A DNA stretch of 64,000 nucleotides from Chitinophagales bacterium (lineage in GTDB: Bacteria > Bacteroidota > Bacteroidia > Chitinophagales > UBA10324), in NCBI GenBank assembly GCA_013816805.1, contig JACDDS010000003.1:72582-136581 (forward strand), in the 5' to 3' direction. The position numbers were made by a program, and so were the translations under genes. Under the pieces are notes generated by a model. It saw nothing but the letters and a program-made list of their open reading frames with translations, was not told the DNA's origin and did not search any database. Of the stretch, positions 29,451-39,097 are shown piece after piece (within the stretch, counting starts at the first letter, position 1; every line of letters starts with the position of its first letter).

Positions 29451-31502
29451 TTACATTTCAAGCATTACGCCGATCTCTTCTGCCACCGAGTCCACCCCGG
29501 GCAGCATCGCTTTTTCAAGTCCCATATTGAGCGCCAAAGCGGGCAATGGCAATGAGCCGATGGCTTTAACAGGAGAATCCAGATATCGAAAACATTCGTA
29601 CGAAATTTTGCCTGCTAATGCTTGTGCAAATGAATTTTGAATTTGTTCTTCAGTCAGCACAATGCACTTTCCGTGTCTTTTCACTGATTCATAAATCAAT
29701 TTTTCATCTAAAGGATTTAGTGTGCGCAGGTCAACTATTTCTACTGAGCCAGGGAATTTTTTCGATGCATTTTTTGCCCAATAAACACCCATACCATAGG
29801 TGATGATGCAGAGGGAATTTCCATTTTCAATTTCTTCCGGCAAAGCATTTTGTACTATATTTCCTTTGCCTAAAGGAACTATATAATCTTCATCAGGCTC
29901 AATGGTTTTAGCATCTTCAGTACCGGGATTTTTACTCCAGTACAGTCCTTTATGTTCAAACATGATCACCGGGTTGGGGTCAAGGAATGCTGCCTTTAGC
30001 AAACCTTTTAAATCGGCAGCATTGGAGGGATACACCACTTTTATTCCGCGAACGGCCAGGATGCTTGATTCATGGCAGCCAGAGTGGTAAGGCCCGCCGC
30101 CGCCATAAGCGCCAATTGGAATCCGGATCAGGGATTGAACCGGAAATTTACCCATGGTAAGGTAACAGGACTTCGACAGCTCCGTTACCAATTGATTTAT
30201 AGCAGGCCATTGGTAATCTGCAAACTGAATTTCGACAATGGGTTTCACGCCCACAGCACTTAGCCCCGCAGTTGAGCCAACAATGTATGCCTCCTGTATG
30301 GCAGTATTGAATACGCGGTCGTCCCCATATTTATCAGCTAATGTTGCAGCCTCACGAAATACACCACCTAACCTTCTTCCTACATCCTGGCCGAAAAAAA
30401 TAGACTCTGGAAATTTTTTAAGGATCTCATCTACCGCGTGCAACGCAGCATCCACCATCACCACTTTTAGACCGCTTGCCGGAATCCGGATTCCTTTTTC
30501 CTCTGTACACGGTGTCGGTGCAAATTCATGTTCCATAACCGTGGAAGGATCAGGTTCTTTCGCATTTACAGCACGTTCAAAATCTCTTGCAATTTTTTCC
30601 TTTGCTCTTATTTCGATCTCACTAAGAATTTCTTCAGGAATATCCTGTTGCAAAATGTACTCGCGCAGCTTTGGAAGCGGATCGTCAAGCTCATGTTTTT
30701 TAATATCATCCGGAGTCCGGTACATCTCTTTCCGCACTCCTGAAGTGTGGTGGTTCAGCAGACAAACTTTAGCGTGAATCAGTATTGGCTTCCGTTCTTC
30801 GCGAACCATCTGAAGTGCTTGCTGAACACATTCATAAGAGGCTACAAAGTCACCTCCATCTACCCGGGTTCGTTGCATGCCTTTAAAGCCTGCCGCATAT
30901 TCATACGCGTCCATAGTACGCATCTCTTCTGCAGAAACAGAAATGCTCCAGCAGTTGTCCTGCACCAGATAGATAATGGGCAGTTGCTTTAAAACAGCAA
31001 ATTGAAAGGCCTCCGCTACTTCTCCTTCAGTAACTGATCCATCGCCCATAGAGCATATTATAACCGGACGATCTGAGCATTGTAAAAGCCCTTTTTTTTC
31101 AAGGTATTGAATCCCCTGGGCCGCTCCCGTAGAAGGGATGGCTTGCATGCCTGTTGCGCTGGAGTGGTGGATGATGGTTGGTTTTATACCATCGGTTTTA
31201 AAAGAAGGGTGTGAATAATATTCTCTGCCACCTGAAAAGGGGTCATCACGTTTGGCAATCAGCTGAAGCATCAGTTCATACGGTTCGAATCCCAATGCAA
31301 GCAAAACACTTTCATCCCGGTAATAACCGGTAAAATAGTCGTGAGGTTTCAACTGTAGTCCTAATGCTAATTGGATGGCTTCATGACCGCGAGAAGTGGA
31401 ATGGACGTATTTGCAAATCTGACGATTCTCATCGTAGGTGTGCGCCATGTATTTTACATAATTCATCAGGGTATAAGCACGTAATAATAACTGTTGATCC
31501 AC
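29451..31502 (-). CDS. Fused alpha/beta E1 component of a 2-oxoacid dehydrogenase (TPP-dependent)
   Basis: 683 aa. The N-terminal half carries the E1-alpha TPP motif GDGSVTEGE...NN. The C-terminal half is E1-beta-like (transketolase pyrimidine-binding and C-terminal domains, IQFADY, PIGAYGGGGPYHS). Confidence 0.85.
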   Translation of the reverse strand: MDQQLLLRAYTLMNYVKYMAHTYDENRQICKYVHSTSRGHEAIQLALGLQLKPHDYFTGYYRDESVLLALGFEPYELMLQLIAKRDDPFSGGREYYSHPSFKTDGIKPTIIHHSSATGMQAIPSTGAAQGIQYLEKKGLLQCSDRPVIICSMGDGSVTEGEVAEAFQFAVLKQLPIIYLVQDNCWSISVSAEEMRTMDAYEYAAGFKGMQRTRVDGGDFVASYECVQQALQMVREERKPILIHAKVCLLNHHTSGVRKEMYRTPDDIKKHELDDPLPKLREYILQQDIPEEILSEIEIRAKEKIARDFERAVNAKEPDPSTVMEHEFAPTPCTEEKGIRIPASGLKVVMVDAALHAVDEILKKFPESIFFGQDVGRRLGGVFREAATLADKYGDDRVFNTAIQEAYIVGSTAGLSAVGVKPIVEIQFADYQWPAINQLVTELSKSCYLTMGKFPVQSLIRIPIGAYGGGGPYHSGCHESSILAVRGIKVVYPSNAADLKGLLKAAFLDPNPVIMFEHKGLYWSKNPGTEDAKTIEPDEDYIVPLGKGNIVQNALPEEIENGNSLCIITYGMGVYWAKNASKKFPGSVEIVDLRTLNPLDEKLIYESVKRHGKCIVLTEEQIQNSFAQALAGKISYECFRYLDSPVKAIGSLPLPALALNMGLEKAMLPGVDSVAEEIGVMLEM

Positions 31503-31615
31503 TTCGCCACTTTTTAGTAGTGCGCAAAAATAACAACGTACCCGATAAGCACAAGAAACTACCGGTAGTTAGTTAATTATTGCCTGAAGAGGATTTCAGG
31601 TTAATTTTGACTGCA

Positions 31616-32221
31616 ATGAATTTGTACTATAAAATCTATAAGCCTTATGGTATGCTGTCGCAGTTTACGCCGGAGGCTGGTCATGAAAGCCTGGCTTCTC
31701 TGCTTTCATTTCAAAGAGATGTTTATCCTGTTGGACGGCTCGATTATGATACAGAGGGCTTGTTGTTGCTTACAAATGATAAAAGAGTGAATAATGCATT
31801 ACTGAATCCTGAGCATAAACATTCTAAAATTTATTGGGTGCAGGTGGAAGGAGAACCTGGCGACAACGCATTGGCACTTTTAGGCAAGGGTCTTACAATA
31901 AATATTAAAGGAGTATTGCATCAAACACAACCTGCCACGGTGAATAGCATAAAAGCTCCTTCATTTATAATGGAAAGAATACCGCCGGTAAATTATAAAA
32001 AACATCCGGTTACTTCGTGGATAGAATTAAAGATTACTGAAGGAAAAAATCACCAGGTACGAAAGATGACTGCAAAGGCTGGCCATCCCACATTAAGATT
32101 AATAAGGTATGCAATAGAAGAAATTAATATTGAAAAGATGGAAACTGGTGATGTAATTAAAATAGAAAGGGATGAATTCTATCAGAAATTAAATCTGCAG
32201 AACTTAAGGCGGCGTTTTTAA
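31616..32221 (+). CDS. Pseudouridine synthase, RsuA/RluE family, without an S4 domain
   Basis: Catalytic motif GRLDYDTEGLLLLTND and later GKNHQVRKM. The ATG at 31616 (MNLYYKIYKPYGMLSQF) is preferred over the track's TTG at 31580. Confidence 0.85.
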   Translation: MNLYYKIYKPYGMLSQFTPEAGHESLASLLSFQRDVYPVGRLDYDTEGLLLLTNDKRVNNALLNPEHKHSKIYWVQVEGEPGDNALALLGKGLTINIKGVLHQTQPATVNSIKAPSFIMERIPPVNYKKHPVTSWIELKITEGKNHQVRKMTAKAGHPTLRLIRYAIEEINIEKMETGDVIKIERDEFYQKLNLQNLRRRF

Positions 32222-32298
32222 TTTCAGCAAATAATGTAACTGCGTTTTGGACGCCATACTTAAGCAAATGGTAAAAAACAGGGCATACTCAACGTCCC

Positions 32299-32910
32299 CT
32301 ACTTCACATCGAATTCCAGGAGACTTTCATCCTCTATAAAACATTCTATGTGGTCGTGAGTTGCTACTGCACCCACGCCTTCCGGTGTACCTGTAAAGAT
32401 AAGATCCCCTTTTAGCAGTGTAAAAAATTGTGAAGCGTAGCTGATAATTTTTTCATAAGAAAACAGCATGTCTTTCGTATTTCCATTTTGGGCGAGCTGT
32501 TTGTTTTTATACATGCAAAAATTTAAATCATTCAAGGTTTCGAATTGAGAAGACGGAAGAAAATCCCCCACACATGCAGATCCGTCAAATGCTTTGGCAA
32601 TTTCCCATGGCCATCCTTTTGATTTTAATTCACCCTGAAGATCCCTTGCGGTAAAATCTATCCCAACGGTAACGGCATCCACGTATTTGCCAGCAAATTT
32701 TTCCTGAATATTCTTCCCGTTTTTTGATATCCGTAATACAATTTCAGTCTCATAATGCACTTCATGTGAAAACGCAGGGAGAAAAAAAGGCAGTTTTTTG
32801 CGTTTTAATGCAGTATCTGGTTTCATGAAAATAACAGGCTTATCAGGAAGTGCGTTTTGCAGCTCTTTTGCATGCTCAGCATAGTTACGCGCAACACAAA
32901 TGATCTTCAT
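32299..32910 (-). CDS. Fumarylacetoacetate hydrolase (FAH) family protein
   Basis: 203 aa. KIICVARNY start, HYETEIVL, DFTARDLQ and GDLIFTGTPEGVG motifs. Confidence 0.85.
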   Translation of the reverse strand: MKIICVARNYAEHAKELQNALPDKPVIFMKPDTALKRKKLPFFLPAFSHEVHYETEIVLRISKNGKNIQEKFAGKYVDAVTVGIDFTARDLQGELKSKGWPWEIAKAFDGSACVGDFLPSSQFETLNDLNFCMYKNKQLAQNGNTKDMLFSYEKIISYASQFFTLLKGDLIFTGTPEGVGAVATHDHIECFIEDESLLEFDVK

Positions 32911-32936
32911 AAAATAAAGTTAGCCATCTGGTGTAC

Positions 32937-33263
32937 TCAGGGAGCCGGAACTTCTTCCAAAGATTTATAAACCGGTTTCCCAAGTGACAGGATCAGATCA
33001 CGTTCCCGGTTTGCTCCTGGTGATTCTTTTAACAGCAATAGCGAATCACAACTTTCCACAACTGCCATAGAAATATCCATAATCAATTTATATTCGTCAT
33101 CAACTTCAGATTTTTCTAAAACAGGCAAAGCAGCGTTCACACCTATAAGCGGAATATGCCCCATTTCATAAAGTGCGACTGCCGCTTCATTCATCGCATC
33201 AAGATTTTCCTGGCGTTCTTTTCCTGTGGGAGCTGAGTATGGACCAGCAATTGCAATTTTCAT
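32937..33263 (-). CDS. Hypothetical small protein
   Basis: 108 aa. The MKIAIAGPYS... N-terminal strand and Gly-loop faintly resemble nucleoside 2-deoxyribosyltransferase-like (DUF4406-type) proteins. The function is not supported. Confidence 0.45.
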   Translation of the reverse strand: MKIAIAGPYSAPTGKERQENLDAMNEAAVALYEMGHIPLIGVNAALPVLEKSEVDDEYKLIMDISMAVVESCDSLLLLKESPGANRERDLILSLGKPVYKSLEEVPAP

Positions 33264-33345
33264 AGCGTTTATAGTTAAAAATTAATTGTTAAATCATTTA
33301 AATCAATTTGCCAGGAATACGGTAGATATCACCTGAAACATCTGA

Positions 33346-33930
33346 TCAATCCTCTCCGGGTTTACTCCCGGCTTTGTTATATATATTCATTGTCCTCTCT
33401 AATCCAATGGTCACTATGCTTTTTGTGGCCTCGGCTGCCGTTTTTATTTTTTGAGGCAGCACTGTTTTCTCTTCAATAGTCCATTTTCCTAAAACATAAT
33501 CAATTTTTCGGCCTCTTGGAAAGTTTCCTTCAATACCAAATCGAAGACGCGGATATTCGGTGGTGCCAAGAGCCTCCTGAATTGAAGTCAGCCCATTGTG
33601 GTTCCCATCGCTTCCCTTGCTCCGAATGCGCAAATTTCCGAATGGAATTGCAATATCATCTACAATTATCAGGATATTTTGTTTAGATATTTCTAATCTG
33701 TCCATCCAGTATTTAACTGCTTTCCCGCTTAAATTCATAAATGTGGCAGGTTTGATCAGATGCATCTGCCGTCCTTTTATTTTAACTAATGTATACATAG
33801 CAAAACGTTCTGAAACAAAAGAAGCACCGGCTTCTTCCGCCAATGCCTCCACAATTTTAAAGCCTATGTTATGCCTGGTTTCAACATATTCCTCACCAAC
33901 ATTTCCAAGCCCTGCAATCAGATACTTCAC
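33346..33930 (-). CDS. pth: Peptidyl-tRNA hydrolase
   Basis: 194 aa. GLGNVGEEYVETRHNIGF and GSDGNHNGL motifs. Confidence 0.95.
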   Translation of the reverse strand: MKYLIAGLGNVGEEYVETRHNIGFKIVEALAEEAGASFVSERFAMYTLVKIKGRQMHLIKPATFMNLSGKAVKYWMDRLEISKQNILIIVDDIAIPFGNLRIRSKGSDGNHNGLTSIQEALGTTEYPRLRFGIEGNFPRGRKIDYVLGKWTIEEKTVLPQKIKTAAEATKSIVTIGLERTMNIYNKAGSKPGED

Positions 33931-33971
33931 AATCGAAAGGAAAGGTGAATAATTAAGATGATTGAAGACTA

Positions 33972-34658
33972 TTATTTTTTCTTTGCTTCTTTTTTAGCGC
34001 CACCTTTTTCGGCAGCCGGAGCAGGTGCGGCACCCGCAGCGGGGGCAGCAAGAGTTCCGGCAGCAGGTGTTGCCGCGGCAACAGGAGCAGCAGCTACAGG
34101 AGTTTCTTCCTTAACCTGACGTGGAACAAATACAGACACAATCGGAATATGCGGCGCATTTAAAAATTCAACACCATCCATCTTCATTTCGCTTATTCTG
34201 ATCGACTTTCCGAGCTCCAGATGATCAATCTTTACCGTAATGTGTTCCATAAGATCTTTAGGGTAGAGACGCACCTTTAATTTCTTTACCCGCTGATTTA
34301 TTTTGCCACCCTCTTTTGTACCAACGGGCGTTCCTTCTAATGTAATGGGCAGCTGAACGGTCAGCTTTTTATGCTCATTTAATTCAAGAAAGTCAATATG
34401 CTGAATCTCATCTGTTAGCGGATCAAACTGAATTTCCTGCATTACGGCGGTAGATTCTTTGCCATCCAGTTTAATAGTGGCAGTATAGAATTCGGGGGTG
34501 TAAACCAGATCTTTAAAAGCAGTTGCAGGTGCACAGAAGCTGACATTTTTTTCACCCCCGGAGATGCTGCAGAGTATCTGTCCGCTTTTTCTTAAACTCT
34601 TAATTTCAGCCTTCCCGGAAGTATTTCGTATTTGTCCTTCAATCGTGATTGTCTTCAT
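33972..34658 (-). CDS. rplY: 50S ribosomal protein L25 / general stress protein Ctc with an Ala/Pro-rich, Lys-terminated tail
   Basis: Start taken at the ATG at 34658 (MKTITIEGQIRNTSGKAEIKSLRKSGQ). This removes the track's 27-codon extension that would overlap prs. Conserved prs-ctc-pth order. Confidence 0.9.
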   Translation of the reverse strand: MKTITIEGQIRNTSGKAEIKSLRKSGQILCSISGGEKNVSFCAPATAFKDLVYTPEFYTATIKLDGKESTAVMQEIQFDPLTDEIQHIDFLELNEHKKLTVQLPITLEGTPVGTKEGGKINQRVKKLKVRLYPKDLMEHITVKIDHLELGKSIRISEMKMDGVEFLNAPHIPIVSVFVPRQVKEETPVAAAPVAAATPAAGTLAAPAAGAAPAPAAEKGGAKKEAKKK

Positions 34659-34674
34659 TCTAAAAAAATTTAAA

Positions 34675-35610
34675 TCAATTATTAATAAACAATGAGGTAA
34701 TGGATTTGTGCTGGTACATATTCTGTATGGCAGTCGCAAATAATTCAGCCACGCTTAGTACTTTAATTTTTGAGGAGGGATGCTTTAGTGGAACGGTATT
34801 ACAAACTACTACTTCACTCAATGAAGAATTTTCTATAGTTTCATAAGCGTTTCCTGATAACACCGGATGTGTAATTAAAGCGCGAACGCTTAATGCGCCT
34901 TTGGCAAGCAGAAGATCCGATGCATTTGATAAAGTATTTCCAGTGTCAATAATATCATCCACAATTATAACATTTCTACCGGTTACATCACCTATAACTG
35001 TCATTGCTGAAACCTCATTAGGGCGCTTCCGGTATTTATCGCAGATAACCATTTCTTTATTGAAATACAGCGCATATGCCCGCGCACGGTTTACCCCGCC
35101 CACATCCGGTGCTGCAAAGGTTACATCATGTAAATCCAATGACTTAAGAAAGGGAATAAATGTGGTTGAGCTTTCAAGGTGATCTACGGGAATATCAAAA
35201 AAACCTTGTATCTGCGGTGCATGCAAATCCATTGTCATCATACGATTGGCACCTGCTGCTGTAATCAGATTGGCTATAAGTTTAGAGGCAATGGGAACCC
35301 TCGGTTTATCCTTTCGGTCTTGCCTGCCGTAACCGAAGTAAGGAATAACTGCAGTTATATATTCAGCTGAAGCACGGCGCGCTGAATCAATCAGGAGCAG
35401 CAGTTCAAACAAATTATCGGCAGGGGCAATAGTAGACTGAATCAGAAAGACATAATCACCGCGTATAGATTCCAATATTACAGGACATATTTCGCCATCA
35501 CTGAAATGACGCACTTCTATCTTACCTAATTCGGTGCCATAGGCTTCCGCAATCTCTGTGGCAAGATATTGTGAATTTGTACCTGAAAAAATACGAACCT
35601 GGGATTCCAT
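34675..35610 (-). CDS. prs: Ribose-phosphate pyrophosphokinase
   Basis: 311 aa. DLHAPQIQGFF, the PRPP-binding loop IIVDDIIDTGNT, and YFGYGRQDRK. Confidence 0.95.
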   Translation of the reverse strand: MESQVRIFSGTNSQYLATEIAEAYGTELGKIEVRHFSDGEICPVILESIRGDYVFLIQSTIAPADNLFELLLLIDSARRASAEYITAVIPYFGYGRQDRKDKPRVPIASKLIANLITAAGANRMMTMDLHAPQIQGFFDIPVDHLESSTTFIPFLKSLDLHDVTFAAPDVGGVNRARAYALYFNKEMVICDKYRKRPNEVSAMTVIGDVTGRNVIIVDDIIDTGNTLSNASDLLLAKGALSVRALITHPVLSGNAYETIENSSLSEVVVCNTVPLKHPSSKIKVLSVAELFATAIQNMYQHKSITSLFINN

Positions 35611-35754
35611 TTAGATTTAGGGAGCGCAAATATAGTGGAAATAATAGTTTACGGTAATAATATACGTTCAATTATCATAGCAGGTAAACACTTAAACAAT
35701 TAATTCAGCTCCTTATCATTTGCCGGCATATCATCAGAATCCAGACAGTCGTAG

Positions 35755-35827
35755 TTGACCTGCCTGGGCTCGAACCAGGAGACTTCTGAACCAAAATCAG
35801 ACGTGTTACCAATTACACCACAGGTCA
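35755..35827 (-). tRNA. tRNA-Gln (anticodon UUG)
   Basis: The reverse complement folds as a cloverleaf. Acceptor TGACCTG/CAGGTCA, D arm GTGT-AATTGGTA-ACAC, anticodon arm TCTGA-TTTTGGT-TCAGA (anticodon TTG), T arm CCTGG-TTCGAGC-CCAGG. Discriminator A at 35755. CCA is not encoded. Confidence 0.9.
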
Positions 35828-35995
35828 GTAGGGAGCAGCAAAAGTAATTGCAGAATTTCAATTTACAAATTGTAAATAATACAATTCCCTATAAGGATTA
35901 AAACAATATTGTTCAGTCTTTACTGTTGTTCTTACCTGCTTGCTGTCTTTTGTTTACTGAATTGCTATTTTTGCCTGTTTTTTAAAAATTTATAG

Positions 35996-38900
35996 ATGCC
36001 TCCCTTTAAAACAATTAACAATATTTCCGGCTGGATTGTATTCATATGTGCTACCGTTGTTTATTTACTCACTGCCGAACCTACAGGAAGTTTCTGGGAC
36101 TGTGGTGAATTTATTAGTTGTGCTACAAAGCTCCAGGTAGCTCACTCTCCGGGAGCACCTCTGTTTATTATGGTCGCTCACTTATTCACGTTGCTTACCG
36201 GCAATCCTGAGAACAAGGCAGTTATGGTTAATTATTATTCAGGAATAATGAGCGGATTTACCATACTGTTTCTCTTTTGGACCATAACTATTTTTGCAAG
36301 AAAAATTATTGGTAAAAGAGAAGCAGATTTAACTCTTCCTGAAGTTATTGCCGTTATAGGCTCAGGGTTAATCGGTGCTTTCGCTTACACTTTTTCTGAC
36401 TCATTTTGGTTTTCTGCTGTGGAAGGTGAAGTTTATGCTTCTTCTGCTTTCTTCACTGCACTGGTTTTTTGGGCCATGCTTAAATGGGAAGCCGTTGCCG
36501 ATGAACCGTATGCCGACCGATGGATACTTTTTATTGGCTATATGATAGGACTCTCTATTGGAATCCATTTACTCAATCTGCTTACCATACCAGCCCTTGT
36601 ATTTATTTATTACTTTAAAAAGTTTAAGCCAAGCACCTGGGGAATGGTAAAGGCATTGGTGATCGGTTCAGCAATTCTCGGCTTCGTTCAGTATGGAATT
36701 ATTCCCCAGATACCTAATTTTTCTGAGAAGTTTGATATCCTTTTTGTAAATAGTTTTGGATTACCGTTCAACAGCGGCACACTTTTCTTTTTTATTCTGC
36801 TCAGCGGATTAATATTATTTGGCATCTATTATTCTTACCGGAAATCAAATTATTACCTAAATACCGCTGTGCTGACGGTACTTTTAATTTGTATCGGGTA
36901 TTCTTCTTATGTAATGGTGGTGATACGGGCCAGTGCAAATCCTTCTATAAATATGGGATCTCCAAGCGATCCGCCGGCGCTCCTTTCTTATCTTAACCGG
37001 GAGCAATATGGAAATAGTCCATTAATGTATGGCCAGGTTTTTACTGCACAGGCCACTGATATCGACAGGGCAAATGGAGAAGCGCATTATTATCCGGACG
37101 AAAAGAGCCATAAATATATTGTGCTCGATCACAAGCCTGTCATTAAATACGCTGATCAGGATAAGATGCTTTTTCCGCGCGTTTGGGATAATGATGATCC
37201 GCAGCATATTCACTTTTACCAGCGATGGCTCAATTTAAAAGAAGGGCAAAAACCCACTATGGGTGACAATCTGAAATTTTTCTTCACCTACCAGGTAGGT
37301 TTCATGTATTGGCGATATCTTATGTGGAATTTTGCAGGAAGACAGAATGATCTACAGGGAAATGGTGAAATTAACCATGGAAACTGGATCAGCGGACTGC
37401 CCTTTTTTGATAATGCCCGGCTTGGAGATCAAACCAATCTGCCGGAGTCTATGAAAGATAATAAGGGAAGGAATAAATTTTTTATGTTGCCTTTCATATT
37501 GGGGCTAATTGGAGCAATATACCAGTTCAACAAAAATAAAAATGATGGATGGGTAGTGCTGCTTTTATTCTTTTTTACCGGCCTTGCCATTGTCATTTAT
37601 CTTAACCAGGTACCCTTACAGCCACGTGAACGGGATTATTCTTATGCAGGATCTACCTATGCATATGCGGTATGGATAGGTTTGGGAGTGCTTGCTATTT
37701 ACAATTATTTACAGAAGAAAATTTCAGCCCGCAATGCTGCATTAACAGCTACGCTGGTATGTGCCATTGTTCCATTTGTAATGGGTGAGCAGGGATGGGA
37801 TGATCATGATCGCTCTCATCTCTACACCGCTCGTGACTTTGGCAGAAACTATCTTGAATCATGTGCACCAAATGCAATACTGTTTACACAGGGTGATAAC
37901 GATACATACCCATTGTGGTATGCTCAGGAAGTGGAGGGAATTCGTAACGATATTAGGATAGTCAATTTAAGTCTTCTTGGAGTAGATTGGTATATTGATA
38001 ATCTGAGAAGAAAAGTAAATCATAGCGACCCGGTCATAATTTCGGTTGACAGTGCATCGTATCGCGGTTCCACGCGCGATTACATGAGATTTTATGATAA
38101 TAAAGCGATCAATCAAAATCAATATTACTCCCTCAGCTCCGTGCTGGATTTTATGTTCAGCAGTGATAAGAAAAATATGCTCGATTATGGAGATATGACT
38201 ATCAATTACCTGCCTGCAAAAAATCTTTATATACCGGTTAATAAGCAGGAGATGGTTGCAGATAAGGTGGTGCAGCTATCAGATACCTCAAATATTGTTT
38301 CCCGCCTGGAGTGGAAATTAAGCAAATCGGCGATCCTCAAGAATGATTTGATGGTGCTTGAAATTATTCGTTCAAACCTTTGGAAACGTCCCATATATTT
38401 TGCCATTTCAGTGGACCCTGATTCCTATATGGGTTTAAACGATTATCTCCAGCAGGAAGGATTGACATACAGGTTAGTACCTGTTAAAGCTAAAAATTCT
38501 GATGCAGCCACATTTGGCCTGGCAGGATTTGTTCAGCCAGACCTCATGTATAACAACGTTATGAATAAATTTTCCTGGGGAGGTGTAGATAAATATAATG
38601 TGTATTTGGATGAAACTGTTTTGCGTATGGTAACTAACCTCAGAACTAATTTCCTTCGTCTTTCCGACGCTCTGATGGCAGAAGGTAAAAAAGATTCAGC
38701 CATTGCCGTTTTAGATAAATGCCAGAAAGTATTGCCTGAAAGAAATGTCCCCATTTCTTATATAAATGTTGCAATTGCAAGGGACTATTATGACCTGGGG
38801 GAGAAAGAGAAAGGTCAGGTAATGGCGAAGAGATTGCTGGATACTTACACTGATAATCTAAAATATTTTGCTTCACTGGACCCGGATAGTAAGCAAGCCT

Positions 38901-39043
38901 ATACACGTGATATGAATGAAGGAGTAGCTGCCATTAATCAGGTCGCGGAAATGGCGCAAAGCCATGGAGATTCAACACTCAGTAAGCAAGCCCAGGAAAC
39001 ATTTCAAAAATATGTAAGCCTGTATACGCAGCCCAATCAATAG
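35996..39043 (+). CDS. DUF2723 large polytopic membrane protein (glycosyltransferase-C-like) with C-terminal TPR-like region
   Basis: 1015 aa. N-terminal motif TAEPTGSFWDCGEFI, followed by about 10 or more TM segments and a soluble C-terminal half. Confidence 0.8.
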   Translation: MPPFKTINNISGWIVFICATVVYLLTAEPTGSFWDCGEFISCATKLQVAHSPGAPLFIMVAHLFTLLTGNPENKAVMVNYYSGIMSGFTILFLFWTITIFARKIIGKREADLTLPEVIAVIGSGLIGAFAYTFSDSFWFSAVEGEVYASSAFFTALVFWAMLKWEAVADEPYADRWILFIGYMIGLSIGIHLLNLLTIPALVFIYYFKKFKPSTWGMVKALVIGSAILGFVQYGIIPQIPNFSEKFDILFVNSFGLPFNSGTLFFFILLSGLILFGIYYSYRKSNYYLNTAVLTVLLICIGYSSYVMVVIRASANPSINMGSPSDPPALLSYLNREQYGNSPLMYGQVFTAQATDIDRANGEAHYYPDEKSHKYIVLDHKPVIKYADQDKMLFPRVWDNDDPQHIHFYQRWLNLKEGQKPTMGDNLKFFFTYQVGFMYWRYLMWNFAGRQNDLQGNGEINHGNWISGLPFFDNARLGDQTNLPESMKDNKGRNKFFMLPFILGLIGAIYQFNKNKNDGWVVLLLFFFTGLAIVIYLNQVPLQPRERDYSYAGSTYAYAVWIGLGVLAIYNYLQKKISARNAALTATLVCAIVPFVMGEQGWDDHDRSHLYTARDFGRNYLESCAPNAILFTQGDNDTYPLWYAQEVEGIRNDIRIVNLSLLGVDWYIDNLRRKVNHSDPVIISVDSASYRGSTRDYMRFYDNKAINQNQYYSLSSVLDFMFSSDKKNMLDYGDMTINYLPAKNLYIPVNKQEMVADKVVQLSDTSNIVSRLEWKLSKSAILKNDLMVLEIIRSNLWKRPIYFAISVDPDSYMGLNDYLQQEGLTYRLVPVKAKNSDAATFGLAGFVQPDLMYNNVMNKFSWGGVDKYNVYLDETVLRMVTNLRTNFLRLSDALMAEGKKDSAIAVLDKCQKVLPERNVPISYINVAIARDYYDLGEKEKGQVMAKRLLDTYTDNLKYFASLDPDSKQAYTRDMNEGVAAINQVAEMAQSHGDSTLSKQAQETFQKYVSLYTQPNQ

Positions 39044-39097
39044 TTTATAATTATGTGTACCGATGTTGGATGAAAAACAGGCCATCAATTAGATTGG

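Noticed and set aside
30238-30777. 179-aa antisense ORF inside the E1 gene. Similar antisense ORFs lie inside groEL (51970-52284, 52958-53353, 53029-53277), the beta-propeller gene (14421-14795), E2 (56135-56464) and elsewhere.
   Set aside because: Each lies wholly within a strongly supported gene on the other strand. Each has a Ser/Ala/low-complexity composition and no motif. They are typical shadow ORFs.
34659-34739. 27-codon N-terminal extension of the L25 ORF that overlaps prs.
   Set aside because: The extension (MRLPYRICTSTNPLPHCLLIIDLNFFR) is not L25-like. The internal ATG at 34658 gives the canonical MKTITIEG... start and removes the overlap.
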